Below are positions 59,395-64,000 of a stretch of 64,000 bases of DNA, one piece after another (within the stretch, counting starts at the first letter, position 1; each line of letters begins with the position of its first letter). Both the position numbers and the translations under genes were made by a program. The notes under the pieces were generated by a model. The model saw nothing but the letters and a program-made list of their open reading frames with translations. It was not told the DNA's origin and searched no databases. Source of the DNA: Acidimicrobium ferrooxidans (GTDB lineage: Bacteria; Actinomycetota; Geothermincolia; Fen-727; Anoxymicrobiaceae); assembly GCA_020723485.1 (NCBI GenBank), contig DYIU01000004.1:27057-91056 (forward strand), given 5' to 3'.

Positions 59395-60797
59395 ATGAAA
59401 CAGACGGGGAGCAGGGCAAAGGCATACACTCTACTCCGTTACGTGACCGTCGTCTCCATCGCCCTGGCCGTGGCGGCGGGGGGCTTTTCGGGCTGCCGCG
59501 CCAGCGGCGTAACAGTCGCTCGGGCCGGGACCACCGGTTTCAGCAAGACGGTTTCCGCCACCGGCACCGTCGAGCCCTGCGAGCCGCTGTATGTCTACCC
59601 GGGGGCGAGCGGCCCCATCGCAGCGCTCGCCGTCCGCGACGGCGACAGGGTCGAGGCGGGACAGCTCCTTGCGACCCTCGACGCGGCTACCCTGGAGACC
59701 GAGGCCAGGAAAGCCGAATCGAACTACCTCACCCAGGCTTCGATGGGCGCGCTCTTCTCCTCCCTCTTCGCGAACATAGACTCGATGTTCGCCGCGCTCA
59801 ACTCGACCATGAGCATCGTGGATTACTACCGGGGCACCGTGGACACCGTCGTCAAGGACCTGAGCGGGCGCCTGGACGGGCTCGTGGCGCAGCTCCCTGA
59901 AGCAGCCAGGGCCAAGGCGGAGGAGGCCGCCGGCCTAGCCCGAGAGCAGTACCAGCTTCTCGTGTCGCAGGCGCCGTCGGCGCCCAGGATCGGAGGCTCA
60001 GGCTACCCCGGGCTCGCGTCCGCCGCCGACGAGGCCCGCTCGAAGCTGGCATACGACCAGTACCAGGAAGCGCTCGCGAGCTGCGCGAACAGCGAGGTCA
60101 GGGCGCCGGCCTCCGGGTACGTCTTCTTCGTCTCATCGGGCGGCCTTGTCCCCGAGGACCTCGTCTCGAGCATAAAGAGCAAGGCCGGGGGGTTCACGTC
60201 CTCCCTCAAGTTCCTGGGAGGCGGGATGGAGTCGATGTTCGAGGACACCGTCCTCGACTTCGTGCTGCCGGAGCTCGAGCTCAAGACAGGGAGCCTCATC
60301 GAGAAGGACAAGCCCGCCTTCATGATCTGCGACTTTAGCAGGGTGACCGTCAAGGTCGAGGTCGAGGAAGCCGACGTCCCGCTGGTCGAGGCGGGCCAGC
60401 GGGTCGACGTGACGCTCGAGGCCCTGAGGGGCGAGCCGCTACCTGGTGTCGTGGAGCACGTGGCCATGCGCCCCAGCCTGAGCCTGTCGGAGACCCCGGT
60501 GTACGAGGTATCGGTCCAGGTGGAAGCAGGAGCGGCGGCCCGGTATCTCAGGCTCGGGTACACGGCGAACGCGGAGATACGGGTCGTCGACGAGAAGAAA
60601 GCCGTCACCCTTCCGCTCGAGGCCGTGCTCATGGAGCCAAGCCCCCACGTGTTCGTTGTGCGCGACGGCCGCGCCAGGACCCGCAAGGTCGAGCTCGGGG
60701 CCGAGGACGAGACGAGGGTGGTGGTCGCGGGCGGGCTTCGGAAAGGTGAGAGCGTGGTCGTGAAAGGCGCGGGTAAGCTCGAGGACGGGAGCGAATT

Positions 60798-60801
<4 letters not shown>
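59395..60801 (+). CDS. efflux transporter periplasmic adaptor (HlyD/MacA-family membrane fusion protein)
   Basis: ATG 59395 after GAGAGG; N-terminal anchor, long coiled-coil region, beta-barrel/lipoyl-like domains; stop overlaps the ABC ATPase start (ATGA). Confidence 0.7.
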
Positions 60802-61591
<790 letters not shown>

Positions 61592-61595
<4 letters not shown>

Positions 61596-62839
61596 GAGCT
61601 TCCGAGACGTTCCGGGCAAGCGTTAGCGCGCTGGGCGCCAACAAGCTGCGCGTGCTCCTCACAACCGTGGGGGTTGTCTCCGGCTCTTTCCTCATCTTCG
61701 TCCTGCTCTCGGTCGGCAGCGGGACCGCGAGGCAGGGGACGAACCTCATAAGGAACCTCGCCCCCAACGCGGTGGTGGTGGTGCACGGCTACTTCCCGAG
61801 CGAAGCGGACGCCGGCAGCATAAGCTTCTCCCCCTCCGAGATGCTGCAGCAGATGGAGACCGGCGGCCAGGGCCTGCCCCTGTTCGGGAGCAGCCTCGAG
61901 CCCGAGATGGCCTACCAGATCCAGAAGAAGCTCCCGGAAGGCTGCTACGCGTGCCCCCTGAGCGTCGACATAAAGACAGTCGAGTTCGGCGGGGCCTCGC
62001 GCAACGTATTCCAGTTCGCGACCAACGAGAACTACCCGCGCGTGCGCGGGCAGGAGATGCTGGCCGGGAGGTACTTCAACCGCTCGGACAGGGGGCGCAG
62101 CGTCTGCGTGCTTGGCAGCTACCTGAAGGAGAGGGTGTTCGGGGACGTCGACCCGGTGGGCAGGGAGGTCAGGGTCGACGGGAGGCGCTTCAAGGTCACC
62201 GGCGTGCTCGAGCCGAAGGGCATGACGTTCGTGGTCAACAACGACGACTTTCTCCTGGTGCCTTACTGGGTGGGCGGGCACCTCGGGGGCGGCAAGACGG
62301 ACGGGTTCCTCGTCTCTACCCCGTCGCGCGACGCGATGCGCAGGGTCAAATCGATCTGCGAGAAGGAGATGAGGGCGCTCGTCGGTGACGAAAGCTACAC
62401 CATCGTCTCCGAGGACGAGCTCCTGGCGCTCGCCGGCCAGGCGACGCGGATGCTCGAGATAATGTCTGCCATCATCACCGCCGTGGCCCTCGTGGTAGGC
62501 GGGGTGAGCATCATGAACATCATGCTGGTGGCTGTGAGGGAGCGCTACCGCGAGATAGGCATCCGCAAGGCGGTCGGCGCCGGGCCCGCCGAGATCCTGG
62601 CGCAGTTCCTCGTCGAGGCCGTGCTGATGGGCCTTGCCGGCGGGATAGCGGGCATCGCGCTGGGCTACGTTTTCATCAAGGCCGTCGAGCTGCTCTTCGA
62701 CTACCCGGCGTACGTGAGCGCATGGTCCGTGTGCGTCGCTTTCGGGTTCTCGCTCGCGGTGGGCGGGTTCTTCGGAGCGTGGCCGGCGCTCAAGGCCGCG
62801 AGGCTCGACCCCGTGGAGTCCCTCGGCCACCAGGTGTGA
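61592..62839 (+). CDS. ABC transporter permease (FtsX/MacB-type)
   Basis: N-terminal TM, large periplasmic domain, C-terminal FtsX 3-TM bundle; start overlaps the ATPase stop. Confidence 0.85.
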
Positions 62840-62845
62840 CACGCA

Positions 62846-62940
62846 ACCGGTTCGACCCGGGGCCCTCGCGCCCCGGACCCGGTTTGAGCCGGGGCTCTGC
62901 GGCCCCGGACCCGGTTTGAGCCGGGGCTCTCCAGCCCCGG
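62846..62940. repeat. three tandem about 32-bp units each forming a CCGGGGC-N6-GCCCCGG hairpin
   Basis: Units aaccggttcgaCCCGGGGCcctcgcGCCCCGGac, ccggtttgagCCGGGGCtctgcgGCCCCGGac, ccggtttgagCCGGGGCtctccaGCCCCGGac, between the permease stop and the next gene RBS. Confidence 0.6.
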
Positions 62941-62962
62941 ACCTGACAGCAAGGAGGCGGAT

Positions 62963-64000
62963 ATGGACTACGACGTGATAGTGATAGGGGCCGGGGCCGG
63001 AGGGCTCTCGGCGGGTGCCACGCTCGCCTCCAGGGGGTTCAGCACGCTGGTCGTCGAGCAGTCCGGCACGGTCGGCGGCTGCGCCTCCTACTTCGAGCGG
63101 GACGGTTTCCAGTTCGACGTGGGTGCATGCATCGTGGAGATGCCGGAAGCCCACGAACGTTTCTACGCGGGGTTGGGCCTGCGCCGGGAGGACTACGTCA
63201 CGTTCCTGCGCAACGACCCTCTCTACGAGCTCATCGACATGACCACGGGCGAGCGCATACTGGTCCCCTCCTCTCTCGAGGAGACAGCGGAGATGATAGG
63301 CGCCTACAGCGCCCGGGACGCGGCCAGCTTCAGGTGGTTCATGAACAAGTACGGGCCCGTCCTCGACCGGTTCGCCGACGTCCTGTTGACCACGCCTCAG
63401 GGCCGGGCGAGGGACATGCTGAAGGTCTTCGCGCGGTGCCCGGGCATCATTAAGAGCGCCCATGTCTGGATGACACCTTACGGGAAGCTGCTCGACGACC
63501 TGTTCGAGCACCCGGTCACGAAGGGGATGCTCGGCAACTACTCGGTGATAGGGGGCCTTCCCCCGTCGGTGCAGGTCGGGCTCATGATGTGGCTCGTCTA
63601 CCTCGAGCACCGCGGCATGTACTACCCCGAGGGCGGCATGGGCGCCATCCCCAGGGGCATGGCGAGGGCGCTGGAAGACGTCGGGGGCGAGCTGGCGCTC
63701 GACACGCCCGTGCGGCGGGTCATCGTTGACAGGCACAGGGCCCGCGGCGTGGTGCTGGCCGACGGCACGCCGGTCACGGCGCGCGCGGTCGTGAGCAACG
63801 CCAACGCCCTACCCCTCTACATGGACCTCGTCGGGCCCGAGCACCTCCCCGGCGCCGTGGTGAAGGGCCTCAAGAGCTACAGGCCGTCTCCCAGCTGCAC
63901 CGTGGCCTACCTCGGGCTCGACTACCAGCCGCCCATGAGGGCTCAGCACATCTTCGCGATGGCGAGCCCCGAGCTCCTCGACAGCTTCTGGTTCAGCATC
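62963..64000 (+). CDS. FAD-dependent oxidoreductase, phytoene-desaturase (CrtI)-like family; 3' end outside window
   Basis: AAGGAGG then ATG 62963; DVIVIGAGAGGLSAGATLASRG dinucleotide fold; open to the window end, so absent from the ORF track. Confidence 0.7.
   Translation, partial: MDYDVIVIGAGAGGLSAGATLASRGFSTLVVEQSGTVGGCASYFERDGFQFDVGACIVEMPEAHERFYAGLGLRREDYVTFLRNDPLYELIDMTTGERILVPSSLEETAEMIGAYSARDAASFRWFMNKYGPVLDRFADVLLTTPQGRARDMLKVFARCPGIIKSAHVWMTPYGKLLDDLFEHPVTKGMLGNYSVIGGLPPSVQVGLMMWLVYLEHRGMYYPEGGMGAIPRGMARALEDVGGELALDTPVRRVIVDRHRARGVVLADGTPVTARAVVSNANALPLYMDLVGPEHLPGAVVKGLKSYRPSPSCTVAYLGLDYQPPMRAQHIFAMASPELLDSFWFSI

Overview
High-GC (~65-68%) bacterial chromosomal segment with about 60 tightly packed genes, most on the minus strand. 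The gene content points to a strictly anaerobic, rod-shaped bacterium with AGGAGG-type ribosome-binding sites.

Housekeeping blocks, all on the minus strand:
- flavoprotein - dgt - dnaG - rpoD
- ppdK - glyS - glyQ
- uppS - recO - deoC - mgtE - era
- rodA - mrdA - mreD - mreC - mreB
- ndk - folC

Anaerobic energy metabolism:
- tungsten-type aldehyde:ferredoxin oxidoreductase
- ADP-forming acetyl-CoA synthetase
- acyl-CoA dehydrogenase
- enoyl-CoA hydratase
- several ferredoxin, flavodoxin and FMN-reductase proteins

O2/ROS and iron defence cluster (about 25.4-30.1 kb): orphan EncFtn-like ferroxidase, DUF2400, rubrerythrin, desulfoferrodoxin, ferritin, flavodiiron FprA and a flavin-reductase-rubredoxin fusion (Hrb). 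Immediately downstream on the same strand lies a separate Rrf2-regulator unit.

Accessory modules:
- B12-radical-SAM / FMN-binding / flavodoxin / hydrolase cluster
- PLP-decarboxylase / SCP2 / geranylgeranyl-reductase operon
- penicillin-acylase plus transporter pair
- TetR-controlled MacAB-like efflux system

One tRNA-Asn(GTT) sits next to a low-GC foreign-looking ORF and an 80-bp duplicated segment that carries the tRNA 3' end, resembling a degenerate att-site islet.

The most distinctive non-coding signal is a superfamily of palindromic, MITE/REP-like elements with GGGTCAG...CTGACCC termini:
- At least five copies are present, plus hairpin families built on a CCGGGGC core.
- They sit exactly between stop or start codons of adjacent genes.
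- Two near-identical copies show a compensatory G:C to C:G substitution in the stem.
- One copy provides the last 12 codons and the stop codon of the AOR gene.
- One copy inflates the apparent dnaG N-terminus.

No CRISPR array, rRNA or recognisable transposase/integrase gene was found.
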